IMG/VR virus record: IMGVR_UViG_3300009488_000018
Coordinates: 1-64,000 of that record
DNA from: a virus
Direction: 5' to 3' (one strand)
Length of the DNA stretch: 64,000 bases
The notes below the pieces were generated by a model. That model was not told the origin of the DNA. It ran no database searches and was given only the letters and a program-made list of their open reading frames with translations. Shown here one piece after another: positions 28,458 to 38,983 of the stretch. The position numbers and the translations under genes are program-made. Every line of letters starts with the position of its first letter. Within the stretch, counting starts at the first letter, position 1.

Positions 28458-29930
28458 TTAGGCACCAATAGTAAGCAGAGCAATACCATTACTTCTAACC
28501 AACGAAGTCGCATAACGACTCAAGATGGTTAGACTTGGAGTGTGACCAAGTGGGTAAGGGTGAAGAACTGCTGGAACGTAAGGACAATATAGATACACAC
28601 ACTTCAGTTCTTCAACTGGTTTGTAGATCACTACCATTGTACCTTGTGTTACCACTCCACTTGTTAGAACCTTCCATTTTCCACCAGCAACAGTAGCTGA
28701 ACGATATCCAAGATCACCATCTACACTAGAAGTTCCAGTATAGTTAAAGGTTTGAAGATCTTCAAGGATAGCAACATCTAGAGGATTCGCTAGAATCGTA
28801 TTAGCAGCGTCCATATTTGTATCGTTGTATACTTGAGCAGAAAGTTGGTTCAATACGGGAATGATATTTTCATGCCAGTATTTAGCACCCCAGTAGTAAG
28901 TACCAGCTGGCGTTCTATTAAAGTTAGCTGTATGTGTCGGAGAATTCAGTCTGGTGCTTCCTACAATCAAGGCGTTGATAATTTCCCTGTCGATATCTAG
29001 CGCGATTTGTTGTCCAAGAATATTCACAATTTCTGCTTGCATTGAAAGATCGAATAGAGCCCGCATATCTTGCTCCATATTGATTGTCCAGTTTGCAGAA
29101 ATTTGACGATCCCTAGCATACAGTCTTACTTTATCGACACTTAACTTGACTGCGGGGTTGATTCTGTTTTCTTCTAGTGAACAAGTAACTCTGAATCTTA
29201 CATATGCAACTCCAGTAGGACCTCCAACAACACTAGAAATATCTAGAGTTCCAGCTAGATAATCAACTTTACCAGAAACAACATCCTCAACTCCAGTAGT
29301 TGCATAAACAGTTGCAGAAAAATGTCCTTCAACAGCTGGGATAATTGAAACGTCTACCCAAGTCGTACCATCAGGAGAGACAGCTGTAATTTCGAAGTCT
29401 CTTTCAAGATGCGCTTCCGTACTAGATACTGCAGGAGCAGGAATAAGACCTAAAATGTCAAAATTCAAGGATGGAACTGCAACTGATGCATAAGTTGGAA
29501 TTCCAATACCTGGTCCACCTGAGATGTCAGTTCCAGTAACAGGTGCAGGAATCAGAGCAGTAGTATTCGCAGCTGAGAATTCAGCGTTGATAAATGCTTT
29601 TATCGTTTCTGGTTTATCCATTGGCGACAAAGTAATTGCTTCTTTAGCAACTAGTTTAGGATAAAATACTCTCAGTATTGGAAGAGTTAACGTCTCATAA
29701 GGGTTGATTTGGAACATTGAATTTTCTAGTAAATTTACTCTTGTGTTCTCCGCTAACTGTATAAAAACTTCACGATCATGCTTATTCTCTAGAGACTCAG
29801 CAAGAGCAGTTACATACGCCTCGAAAGCTGTATCGTCTACAAGCACAGCTTTCATGTTTCCAGGTTTACTAGGATCCACTCCACTAACTTTCTTAGTAGT
29901 CTTATAGACTTCTTGAAGTAGTTCCTTCAT
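28458..29930 (-). CDS. Major capsid protein (T4 gp23-like, HK97 fold)
   Basis: 'RQISANWTINMEQDMRALF.L.MQAEIVNIL..QIALDIDREII', 'YCPYVP', 'ILSRY' motifs. Confidence 0.88.
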   Translation of the reverse strand: MKELLQEVYKTTKKVSGVDPSKPGNMKAVLVDDTAFEAYVTALAESLENKHDREVFIQLAENTRVNLLENSMFQINPYETLTLPILRVFYPKLVAKEAITLSPMDKPETIKAFINAEFSAANTTALIPAPVTGTDISGGPGIGIPTYASVAVPSLNFDILGLIPAPAVSSTEAHLERDFEITAVSPDGTTWVDVSIIPAVEGHFSATVYATTGVEDVVSGKVDYLAGTLDISSVVGGPTGVAYVRFRVTCSLEENRINPAVKLSVDKVRLYARDRQISANWTINMEQDMRALFDLSMQAEIVNILGQQIALDIDREIINALIVGSTRLNSPTHTANFNRTPAGTYYWGAKYWHENIIPVLNQLSAQVYNDTNMDAANTILANPLDVAILEDLQTFNYTGTSSVDGDLGYRSATVAGGKWKVLTSGVVTQGTMVVIYKPVEELKCVYLYCPYVPAVLHPYPLGHTPSLTILSRYATSLVRSNGIALLTIGA

Positions 29931-30095
29931 AACAATTTTCCTCCCTATTATTTAATTGAATAGTAAATTAGATCTAAACGGTAAACTAATTTATTATTTG
30001 TTCTAATCTGAAAGTAAGGAGGGATCAGTACTTTTTTAAAGGTAGGAATTTAGAACTGTTCTAAGGAGAGATTTGTAGAATAGAAACATTCTGAA

Positions 30096-30509
30096 TTAAG
30101 TAGTAAACCTTTTACTAATCATTCTTAAAGTTTGTTTTAAGTGGTAGTCTAGTTTATCATTAGATAAGCTTTCAATAACCTTCAATAAAACAATAATTTC
30201 ATTTTTTAAAGCTCCATCATAAACTAAACCAGATGAAACTAACTTAGAAATTCTATCAACTAATTTCTTTGTTTTTTTCTTCTTATTATAAACTTTCATT
30301 CTTCCTTCAATGTTATCTTTAGATTCTCGTATAAGTCGACTTTTTTGTTTTAACTCCTTTTCCAACTCCTTAACTCTAGATAATTCTTCATGATATATCT
30401 CACTTAAAAGTGGATATATATTCTTAACTATTCTCTCTGATAAATCTAATTTTGTTCTATCAATATTTTCTTTTGTTACATCTGGAATACTCGTTTCTAT
30501 AATATTCAT
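30096..30509 (-). CDS. Hypothetical coiled-coil protein
   Basis: ORF in the head operon. Confidence 0.6.
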   Translation of the reverse strand: MNIIETSIPDVTKENIDRTKLDLSERIVKNIYPLLSEIYHEELSRVKELEKELKQKSRLIRESKDNIEGRMKVYNKKKKTKKLVDRISKLVSSGLVYDGALKNEIIVLLKVIESLSNDKLDYHLKQTLRMISKRFTT

Positions 30510-30799
30510 AATTCACTTCCTAAAGTTTCTAATAAATCAGAGCGTAACTCTGATACATAATCTGACAATATATTTATTCTTTTTTCTAAATCATTTTTGA
30601 TTTCTACCGAACGTTGGATGAGTCCATTTTTTTTCGAAACCTTCTCTTCTAAAATCTTTATTTTTTGTTCAACATCTTCAGTTTCAGATTTTAACAAAAA
30701 AGTTTCATCCGTCTTACATATAGCAAAGATAGTTCTCATTATATTTGGAACTGGAAACTTCTCAACTTTTATTTCTCTCTTCACTTTTTCAATCTTCAT
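30506..30799 (-). CDS. Hypothetical protein
   Basis: ATGA overlap with the next gene. Confidence 0.6.
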   Translation of the reverse strand: MKIEKVKREIKVEKFPVPNIMRTIFAICKTDETFLLKSETEDVEQKIKILEEKVSKKNGLIQRSVEIKNDLEKRINILSDYVSELRSDLLETLGSEL

Positions 30800-30814
30800 A
30801 TAACACTCCCAAAA

Positions 30815-31474
30815 TTATACCCATTTATTAAAGAACTTAATACACCTAGTCTCAATTAGTTTATCAAAGTAGTCCGGTAAGAAACACCTTCCATTAATAC
30901 AAACGAGTCCAACTTGTTCTACTAAACAAGAAGACTCAAACTTCATCTCATTAAAGTCTACAACTGCTGCAGAATGTGATGGCATAGAAACAGCATCAAA
31001 AGCAATAATAGTAAGAGGAGATACTACAATACTATAATCTTTTTCTCGTTCAAGTTCTGCAAGACCTCTCATCGAAAAACCTATTCCAGACTTGTCTCGT
31101 AACAAACCTAGTAGAATTGCTCCATTAGGAGTAGATGTTGTTTCCATCTCACTAAGTAAATGGTTTTCTCTAAATTCATAATCTCTAATCAAATGAGAGA
31201 CTTCTTTCAAAGCAACAGTGGTTTGTCTTATTGCATCAAATTCTTCATTTCCTTGTAGGAAAGGATGGTCTAATTCATTTAAAAATGAACGTCTTTTCAT
31301 TCTTCCTTCACAACCTTCCATTGCCTCAGCCAAAACTTTCTTAGGATACATACGATTGTTTTGATTAATTTCATTCATTGTTTGGATTGTACAACGAAAA
31401 ATTGCTTTCGACGGATCACTCTTTATTATTTTAGCTTCTTGATAAATAGCACTCTCTAAAATAAAAGATGACAT
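30815..31474 (-). CDS. Prohead core protease (T4 gp21-like)
   Basis: N.NNRMYP, ELDHP, VSH, TPNG.IL..LL, IGFSMRG, FDAVSMPS. Confidence 0.88.
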   Translation of the reverse strand: MSSFILESAIYQEAKIIKSDPSKAIFRCTIQTMNEINQNNRMYPKKVLAEAMEGCEGRMKRRSFLNELDHPFLQGNEEFDAIRQTTVALKEVSHLIRDYEFRENHLLSEMETTSTPNGAILLGLLRDKSGIGFSMRGLAELEREKDYSIVVSPLTIIAFDAVSMPSHSAAVVDFNEMKFESSCLVEQVGLVCINGRCFLPDYFDKLIETRCIKFFNKWV

Positions 31475-31486
31475 ATTTATTTCCTC

Positions 31487-32101
31487 TTAAATAACTTTAT
31501 TAGTAGTACTACTTTTCTTAGACTTATAGTAACTATCTAATAATGTATACACAATATCTAAGAACTCATAGAAAACTACAATTATTTCGTCAATCTTATC
31601 TTTGAATGACTCTAAATTTGAAGTAAGAATCTCAAATAAGCTTATTGCCTCAGATACATAATCTCGAAGTTTTAACAAAGTAACACTAGATGTAGTCGAA
31701 AGATATGACTCAATTGAAACTAATCTTGAGTATATTTTCTTCAACTCATAGATTCTACCAATCTGAGATGCAGTTTTTGGTGGCTCTTCTATACCCATAC
31801 CCATACCCATACCTGGCATTTCTCCACCCATTCCGGGTACTACACCTCCTACTTCTCCACCAACTGCTGCTGCTTCTTTCTCTTCTTCAGGTGGTTCTCC
31901 CGCTCTTGCTTCTTCATCAGGAACTGTTTCTTCTTCCTCTTCTTCTGGTACTTCTTGTTCTATTCTCACATGTGTCGTATATTCATCCTCATCCGTTTCA
32001 TACGGCGCAAAAGGTACATCTAAGACGTCATCACGGTCTCTAATCTCTTGCTTAAACAACGCATCTTGTAACTGTTTTAAAATATCAGAAGGATTGGCCA
32101 T
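31487..32101 (-). CDS. Acidic head-assembly-region protein
   Basis: Glu-rich and Gly-Met-rich linker; lies between portal and protease. Confidence 0.6.
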   Translation of the reverse strand: MANPSDILKQLQDALFKQEIRDRDDVLDVPFAPYETDEDEYTTHVRIEQEVPEEEEEETVPDEEARAGEPPEEEKEAAAVGGEVGGVVPGMGGEMPGMGMGMGIEEPPKTASQIGRIYELKKIYSRLVSIESYLSTTSSVTLLKLRDYVSEAISLFEILTSNLESFKDKIDEIIVVFYEFLDIVYTLLDSYYKSKKSSTTNKVI

Positions 32102-32114
32102 CCAATTGCTTCCT

Positions 32115-32330
32115 TTATAACGCTAGTAACTGAGCCATTTGCGCAGCAGTTACTGGTGCACCATGATTATCTACCTGTATTCCAGTCCATCCACAAGCAG
32201 GACAAGTCCATCTAATAACTCCGTCTTGCGCAATAACATCTTCTTGTGTCCCAGGAATAAACGTCCGAACAACATCTTTTTCCATTCGGATAGCCCAACC
32301 TCTATTTTTACAATTATGTCTATTTTCCAC
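32115..32330 (-). CDS. Small Cys-containing protein (paralog of 32363-32569)
   Basis: C.NRG...CPAC...HG.PVTAAQMAQL. Confidence 0.55.
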   Translation of the reverse strand: MENRHNCKNRGWAIRMEKDVVRTFIPGTQEDVIAQDGVIRWTCPACGWTGIQVDNHGAPVTAAQMAQLLAL

Positions 32331-32362
32331 TTTATTTTCCTCCGTCCTAAGCAAAAATAATC

Positions 32363-32569
32363 TTACATTGCTTGTAACACAGCTAGTCTTGCTGCGGTTA
32401 TCGACCTCCCATAAACTTCAACGAACGTTTGAGTAGGAGCATTACAACAAGGATAATCATAATGCTTAACTATTTCCCAAGAGCCTCCTCTCCAAGCTCT
32501 ACGAACGTTAGTCACCTTAGCAGTTTGTGGAATACCTCTGTTATTACAAAAACATTTGCTGTAACTCAT
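32363..32569 (-). CDS. Small Cys-containing protein
   Basis: GGAGG RBS; C.CNNRG...PCC...YGRSITAARLAVL. Confidence 0.55.
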   Translation of the reverse strand: MSYSKCFCNNRGIPQTAKVTNVRRAWRGGSWEIVKHYDYPCCNAPTQTFVEVYGRSITAARLAVLQAM

Positions 32570-32624
32570 ATTATTTTCCTCCTGTACATTATTTATAATT
32601 TGTTCTATTATAAGAGACCTTTTG

Positions 32625-34532
32625 TTAGAAAGCAGCTGTTCCCATTCCGCCCATTCCACCCATGCCTTCTTCTTCTTTCTTCTTCTCTGGATCTAACTCT
32701 TTCTCAATTTTACTACTAATTTCATACTTTTTAACTTCTTCCCAATCAACTTGTGACAGATATTTTTTCTTAGAATATTCTCGAGGAATTCCAATTCTTT
32801 CAAGCGTCTCAACTAAACTTGCTAACTCACCCATATATCTTGCTTCACGTTCATATTGAAGTGACCGAGGAACTGGTAAAGCTATATTAACAACGTCAAG
32901 GATTGTTAGTGCTTCCTCTGGATTAGTTAAATCAAATACTTTCTCAATCAATTCATTAATCTGGTGTGTAAAATACTTTTGGTGACCAATTATCGTTCTA
33001 GCAAACAAAACATTTTCTTCGGTTAAAGCAGCTTTATTTGAAAGATTTTCTTCAATATTAATAAAACTTGGAGGAACACCTAAACTAGCAGTTAATTGGT
33101 CTCTCATAAATTTGAGTTCGTCAACCTTAGACCTAATGTCCACATTTCCTTCATTAAATGTTGAAATATCAACAAAAGCTTTACCATCTTTCTGAGGAAT
33201 ATAAACATCTTCGAAAGTTGTAATCATACTAGGAATTGTATCAACTGTTCCGAATGAATCAAGACTAACTTTTCTCTTTCTAAATTCTTCTTTCATCGCC
33301 TCAATTGCTTTCTTTGCGTCTCGTGGCAGTCCAACCTCAATTGCAATTTTTCTTTTCTCAGTCGAACGTGAAAGTCTCTGAATTGCTAAAGCAGTTTCTA
33401 ATGCGATTAAAACTTTCGCAGAAAATTGACCACTATCAAATATAGACTCACCATAAGGATAGTACTTAGTAGAAGGAACCATAAAATGGATAACTCGATC
33501 TGGTGGAACATACCTAACATTCATTGTATTATTAATATCTGTCTGTGAAAGCATTGCTTTAATTATATCTTTTAAGTCTTTAATTTCTTTAAACTCTTTC
33601 ATCTGTGGTAATTTTTTCTGTAAACTTTTAATAATTGACATACAGATATTATTAATTGGTTCGTCTTGTATTGATATTCCAGGAAAAAGTGTTATCTGTG
33701 GAAAAACTAGATAACCAAAACATAAAGGAAAAAGAGAACTTTGTAATTTTACTACAAATTTTGGCTCGTGAAATATTAATTTTATATCACTAAGGCTCAT
33801 TTTATCGTTTTCTTTTTCTTCTTTTTCTTTACTTGTTTCTTCAGACTCTGCAAAAGACGAATAGTCCATTGTTATCTCAAATTTCTCTTCTTTATTCAAT
33901 GGAACTTTTAGGACCTCTTTTTTTCCTTCTTCTATATCTTGACTAACATGTGTAAAATATTCAGCCTCAGTTAAAATTGATCTACTAGTTAAAGCAGTTT
34001 TTGGATCACCAATCTCACAGAAAAGGTCACCGAACTCAAGAGTGTTTCGAACTATTAAATTTAAATGTCTTTCAAGGTCTAATTGTTTTACTACTTCTTG
34101 AACAATTCTAACTTTCGATTCTGATGGTGCAGTCTCATCCTCTAAGAGGGTGGATGGTTTAATCTCTAACGAAATTTTTGATATATCATCTGGTGACAAA
34201 ATACTATCAGTTAAAACACTTAATGCTCTATAACAATAGTTTATATTTGATACTATTGCTTCATAGGTCTTATAACGTAGAAGTCTACCACCTTGGCCGA
34301 ATGCAGCAGGGGTAGAACCTTGTGTAAATAAACCACCAGAAGCAGCAACCTGTACATCTGTTGCACCTTTAGATATTAAACTTCGAACCAATTCAATATA
34401 ACCATTTCGACCAGACTGTGATTTATAAGCTACAATGTTCTTAACAGCTTGGTCTAGCTTTTTATCAATTTTTACTGTCGAAGTTCCAATGATACTAGTT
34501 TTTAGTTTTGAAAAAACATCTTTTAATGGCAT
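32625..34532 (-). CDS. Portal protein (T4 gp20-like)
   Basis: 'YPYGESIF', 'ALAIQRLSRSTEKR.I.IEVG.P', 'EDVYIP.KDG', 'L..SLGVP.S' motifs. Confidence 0.85.
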   Translation of the reverse strand: MPLKDVFSKLKTSIIGTSTVKIDKKLDQAVKNIVAYKSQSGRNGYIELVRSLISKGATDVQVAASGGLFTQGSTPAAFGQGGRLLRYKTYEAIVSNINYCYRALSVLTDSILSPDDISKISLEIKPSTLLEDETAPSESKVRIVQEVVKQLDLERHLNLIVRNTLEFGDLFCEIGDPKTALTSRSILTEAEYFTHVSQDIEEGKKEVLKVPLNKEEKFEITMDYSSFAESEETSKEKEEKENDKMSLSDIKLIFHEPKFVVKLQSSLFPLCFGYLVFPQITLFPGISIQDEPINNICMSIIKSLQKKLPQMKEFKEIKDLKDIIKAMLSQTDINNTMNVRYVPPDRVIHFMVPSTKYYPYGESIFDSGQFSAKVLIALETALAIQRLSRSTEKRKIAIEVGLPRDAKKAIEAMKEEFRKRKVSLDSFGTVDTIPSMITTFEDVYIPQKDGKAFVDISTFNEGNVDIRSKVDELKFMRDQLTASLGVPPSFINIEENLSNKAALTEENVLFARTIIGHQKYFTHQINELIEKVFDLTNPEEALTILDVVNIALPVPRSLQYEREARYMGELASLVETLERIGIPREYSKKKYLSQVDWEEVKKYEISSKIEKELDPEKKKEEEGMGGMGGMGTAAF

Positions 34533-34564
34533 CTATTTTTATCCTCAAGAAAAAGAGATAACAC

Positions 34565-35558
34565 TTATTCTCCTGTCTCCATTAAGTTTTCGATAGCGTC
34601 TTTACGTATCTCATCACCCTCATATTTAGTACTAAAAACTTCCATGAGATTAAAAAGAAAAGTGTCTTCATCACCATACAAGTTAGTAAACTCATTTGTA
34701 AGCATCGGTCCCATCAACTTTATAACAAGACTTGCGAAGTCCTTTGCGAATTCGTTAAACTGTTTATCATCTATTTTTGTTGCTTCTATTGAATAAATTA
34801 ACATTCTGTCTTTATGAATTATATCATAGGCTTTTTCTATAAAAAGACTCTGGACTCCAATATAAGTCTCAAAATTAATTACGTACTGAAGATTTTGTTC
34901 TTTCTTTCTAGGTATAAATTTTAGCAAACCAAAAAGGACAAGGACAATTAATGCTCCAAGTAATAATGCTTCCAAACCCATCTAATCACCCTCTGTTATT
35001 ATGTCGACTTCTTCTTCGTTTTCGAGTTCAGTTGACTCAACTGGTTCTGACTTTTGATCTACAATATCTTCACTAGTTTTTTCTTCATTTACCAAAATTG
35101 ATATAACTTTATTTGGTCTCAAAACTACAGAACTAGAAGTAGTATGTAATATCGAAATATTCCCTAACTCTAATACTGCAGATAATTTCTTTATATAACT
35201 AGACAGGTCAGAATCATCTAAGTCAACAAGTTCTATATTACTAACGTTCTCTTGAAAGATTACTATTTTCTTCATTGTCTTCTCCAAAATTACTATCCGT
35301 CTAAAAACCTTCTAAAGTCGACTTCATTTCTAACTCTTCTATCAAGGGTTCTGTAACAACGCTAATTTCCTCTTTTAACTTATCTTCCCTAGTAGATAAC
35401 ACAATTGAGTAATCAATGACTTTAGAAGCAAATCTTACTTTAAATATATCCAATTCATCTTTAGTCATTTCTAACTCAACTGGCGACCTTACAACTCGAT
35501 TTCTGAAAAAGATCTTTTTTCCTGGTGTTCTAACCTTTACTATATAAAATTCTGACAT
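34565..35558 (-). other. Three small hypothetical CDSs (34565-34981 with N-terminal TM, 34982-35287, 35301-35558)
   Basis: Abutting minus-strand ORFs. Confidence 0.6.
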
Positions 35559-35624
35559 TTTGATTCCTAATTCAGAAGTTAGGTGAGTTCTATAAAGAAC
35601 TCGTTTAGGAACGTTCCAATAAAT

Positions 35625-36488
35625 TTAAACTACAACGTCTTCGGACTCAATTTCGTCGACGTCGTCTTCAATCTGTTCTTTGAAAATTTGGAAAGTTTCT
35701 TCTAACTCATCTTCGTCTTCTTCATTACCTTTTGTTCCTGGCTTACCCGGACCACTACCTAATGCCGCAGGCGCAGGTGGAACTTGTTCCTCAACTTCTT
35801 CCATTTTCTTATCTACATCTAATTCCTCTTCCTCTTCCTCTTTCTCTTCTTCTCCAGCTACTTCTTCTTGTTCAAGTTTTGCAGCTTTGACTGGATGTCC
35901 TTCTCCCTTATCCTTGTCAGGCGGGACCTCTTTCTCGGCAGTACCTGTACCAGCAGCTTCTGTTCCGGCTCCCTCATCACCTTCTTCTTCCATCTCACCA
36001 ATTAGTTTCTCAATAATTGCATCTTCAACACTTTCCCCAACTTTTTCAGTACTCTCTCCAACTTCTTCCACTTCTTCCTCAGCTTCTTCTGCCGCTTTTT
36101 CTTCTTCCGGCGTTAATTCATCTTGTTCTGCTACTTTCTTTTCTTCTTTTTCTTCCTCTTCCTCTTTCTCTTCTTCTCCAGCTACTTCTTCTTTTTCCGT
36201 AACTTCTTTCTCAATGTCTTTCTTTGCAGCTGCGATATTATCATCAGGAACTTCGTCAACCACGTTATCTTCATGTTCTTCAATAGAAACTCCTTCGTCA
36301 GCACCTTCATTGAAGTAGTATCTCTCTAAAATACTTGCAGCATCCTTATGAGTAGGGAGTTCTCCAGCGCCATCATAGGACATAATAGGATCTAACATCG
36401 GACCTTTCATGTCAACTGTCTTTGAAGTATCAAACTCAGCAATAGCTTCTTTTAACAGTTTAACATATGAAACTTGTTTTTTGCCCAT
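35625..36488 (-). CDS. Highly acidic protein (scaffold or internal head protein candidate)
   Basis: Glu-rich low complexity, repeated EEVAGEEEKEEEEE; GGAGG RBS. Confidence 0.6.
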   Translation of the reverse strand: MGKKQVSYVKLLKEAIAEFDTSKTVDMKGPMLDPIMSYDGAGELPTHKDAASILERYYFNEGADEGVSIEEHEDNVVDEVPDDNIAAAKKDIEKEVTEKEEVAGEEEKEEEEEKEEKKVAEQDELTPEEEKAAEEAEEEVEEVGESTEKVGESVEDAIIEKLIGEMEEEGDEGAGTEAAGTGTAEKEVPPDKDKGEGHPVKAAKLEQEEVAGEEEKEEEEEELDVDKKMEEVEEQVPPAPAALGSGPGKPGTKGNEEDEDELEETFQIFKEQIEDDVDEIESEDVVV

Positions 36489-36577
36489 AACAAAAACCTC
36501 CTCTTACTTTGACTATAAAATTTCTTATTAGTATTATTTTGTTCTGATCTAACTTGCTTATTAAACTTAGTTCGAAT

Positions 36578-38071
36578 CTAAAAACCACTTTTCAATTCCG
36601 AAAAACCTTTAAATAAATTGTCAGAAGTAACAGTCGCTTTGTCAATATTAGACGCTTTAGTTCCAGAAACAAATTGGAACTTATTAAAATTAACTGTAAA
36701 GTCAATCCCCACATTCGCTCTTCCACTTCTATTCTTCCCCACTTTAGCATGGACTATATCATCTCTTACAGGATCTTTTGCTAATAAACATACAAAGTCA
36801 GCATGCTCCACTTTCTTAATTGACTCTGACGTTTGGTCTAAATTCAACTCACTAGCTTCTTTTACTCGATACGCTGCTCTTCCTAGTTGTGTAGCAGTAA
36901 CTACAGGGATACCATATTGTACTGCCAATGTCTTCAATGACAAAGTAATATGACCCAACTCTAATCTATATAAATCATACTTTGTATCAGATTTTAGAAG
37001 GTCTATGTAATCAACAAAAATCCCACAAATAGATTCTTTTCCATATTCCTCTATTACATCATCTAAAACTCCCATCAAATCAATAGCACTTATAGTCATT
37101 GCTGGAAAGTACTTCATAATTATTGTTGCATTACTTTCCATTAACTTATCGTAGATCATCTGTTTCATATCTACTTTTTCTTCTCGAATATCTCTCATAA
37201 CTTCTATAGTTGTTTTTTGAAACAACGGTTGGTAAGTCCTCATTAAGGACTCGTCAATTGTATTCTCCATAGTTACATAAACATAAACCTTATCTATTTC
37301 GCCTTCTTTTAAAACTTTTTCCGAAAGAAAACCTCGTCCTGTTTCAGCAGATTTAATTATTAAGTTATTCAAAATAGTTGATTTCCCAGCGCCAGTTCCT
37401 CCACCAAACAAATATAACCTTGAGGGTTCGAATCCCCCATACATGATGTCACCATCAAAAATCGGAAAGCCAGTTGGAGTTTTACTCTCCCGATCATACT
37501 TCTTTTTTATAACTTCTATAACACGGGTATAATCATCCTTAACTAAATCTAATGATGCAGCTGCTTCAATAGTCACAGCTCGATTTGCTTCCATCATATT
37601 AGCGTATAACTGTTTAATTGTAACTTCATAATCTTCAACCAAGTCTTCAATAGAGTCAAACGACCCATCTTTTATAGTATCTAAAACTTTACTTAACTCA
37701 TCATAATTACTAAAAATCAAGTTTATTTTCTTCCTTAACCTAATTTGTCTAACAATGTCATTTATCTTTACACTAGACAATTTCTCATTCGCTTTTAAGT
37801 CTAAAAAGTCTTTATATTGCTTAAACTTTTCACCAAACGTTATACTCTCTATAATAGACTCAACAGTTTTATCTTCCAGAAACATCGTACAAATTTTTCT
37901 TAAACAGTCTAATTTACTTTTTACTGTTAACGGAACTTCTATTTCCTCTTTCTTTTCATAAGAATCAAGAATTTCTATAATATCCCTATACAAACTTTTA
38001 CTTTTCTTAACTTTAGATTCCTTACAGAGTATTAAAGAAAAACACGAATTCAAAAAAGATTCAGTTATCAA
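36578..38071 (-). CDS. DnaB/gp41-like replicative helicase
   Basis: Walker A GGGTGAGKS, YVTMEN, FVDYIDLL, TATQLGR, KNRSG. Confidence 0.9.
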   Translation of the reverse strand: MITESFLNSCFSLILCKESKVKKSKSLYRDIIEILDSYEKKEEIEVPLTVKSKLDCLRKICTMFLEDKTVESIIESITFGEKFKQYKDFLDLKANEKLSSVKINDIVRQIRLRKKINLIFSNYDELSKVLDTIKDGSFDSIEDLVEDYEVTIKQLYANMMEANRAVTIEAAASLDLVKDDYTRVIEVIKKKYDRESKTPTGFPIFDGDIMYGGFEPSRLYLFGGGTGAGKSTILNNLIIKSAETGRGFLSEKVLKEGEIDKVYVYVTMENTIDESLMRTYQPLFQKTTIEVMRDIREEKVDMKQMIYDKLMESNATIIMKYFPAMTISAIDLMGVLDDVIEEYGKESICGIFVDYIDLLKSDTKYDLYRLELGHITLSLKTLAVQYGIPVVTATQLGRAAYRVKEASELNLDQTSESIKKVEHADFVCLLAKDPVRDDIVHAKVGKNRSGRANVGIDFTVNFNKFQFVSGTKASNIDKATVTSDNLFKGFSELKSGF

Positions 38072-38122
38072 AACTATCCCTCCTTTGTTTTTTTGTTCAA
38101 AAAACTATCTTAAAGTACATAC

Positions 38123-38449
38123 TTACATTAATCTTGTAAGTTCTCTAAGTATTTCTTCATCTACTTCTTTTGCGATTTCTTTCGATAAAGCCTCAATTAG
38201 TCCTTTTTCTACATCGTAAGAATAGATTGTTTTTACATTAACAGACGAAGAAAAAGACCAATCAGCTGAAAGAATCTTTCGAACTTTTCCTATTATATTC
38301 TCGATCCAGTCTAGTTTTCCATGACCAAAACACTTACCACAAATTTCTGTACATAACTCATCATTATCACTACTGTTCGGTTCATGACATGTACCTTTAC
38401 ATCTATCACAAATAACTTCGCCTTCTTTAAGGTGTATCTTATTACCCAT
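38123..38449 (-). CDS. CxxCxGxG Zn-finger protein with a capsid-like C-terminal segment
   Basis: CDRCKGT..CGKCFGHGKLDWIE followed by 'LSADWS...LSKEIAKEVDEEIL'. Confidence 0.6.
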   Translation of the reverse strand: MGNKIHLKEGEVICDRCKGTCHEPNSSDNDELCTEICGKCFGHGKLDWIENIIGKVRKILSADWSFSSSVNVKTIYSYDVEKGLIEALSKEIAKEVDEEILRELTRLM

Positions 38450-38669
38450 TTACTAATATCCCCAATGAACTCGTTGGTCTCCACGACGAATGAACATGAG
38501 ATGGGTCCGTTAGTTCTTGTTTTCCAATAACAACCTCAATCCAATCTAGTTTCCCACAACCAAAACATTTATCACAACGTCTAGGATAAGGAGTATATAA
38601 GTCAGGAATTAGCTTACCAGATCCCTTACATTTATTACAAACTACTTCACCTTCATTAATTTCTACCAC
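38442..38669 (-). CDS. CxxCxGxG Zn-finger protein (paralog)
   Basis: CNKCKGSG..CDKCFGCGKLDWIE. Confidence 0.65.
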   Translation of the reverse strand: MVEINEGEVVCNKCKGSGKLIPDLYTPYPRRCDKCFGCGKLDWIEVVIGKQELTDPSHVHSSWRPTSSLGILVNG

Positions 38670-38983
38670 CTTTCATAATCCTCCGTTGTCGTTGAAGATG
38701 AAAACGAAGTTGAATATGAAGTAGTTGAACTACATGTAGTAGAAGTACAAGTTTTCCCTAATACATTCTCAATCCAGTCTAACTTCCTATCACCAAAACA
38801 CTTTGGACAAAGTTTACCATCTTTCCGTCCCCACCCTTTACATACATCGCATATAATGTCTCCTTCACCTAATGGAACTTCAGGGTCTACATCTTCCTTA
38901 CCTTCATCTTTAAACCACTTTGGCAAAGGAAATCCAAATCTACTTAACCACAATTTTTTAGTAATTTTTTCTACAAAACTCAT
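38663..38983 (-). CDS. CxxCxGxG Zn-finger protein (paralog)
   Basis: CDVCKGWG..CPKCFGDRKLDWIE. Confidence 0.65.
   Translation of the reverse strand: MSFVEKITKKLWLSRFGFPLPKWFKDEGKEDVDPEVPLGEGDIICDVCKGWGRKDGKLCPKCFGDRKLDWIENVLGKTCTSTTCSSTTSYSTSFSSSTTTEDYERW

Noticed and set aside
35680-36329. Ser/Phe-rich + strand ORFs opposite the acidic protein
   Set aside because: Antisense translation of Glu-rich GAA repeats.
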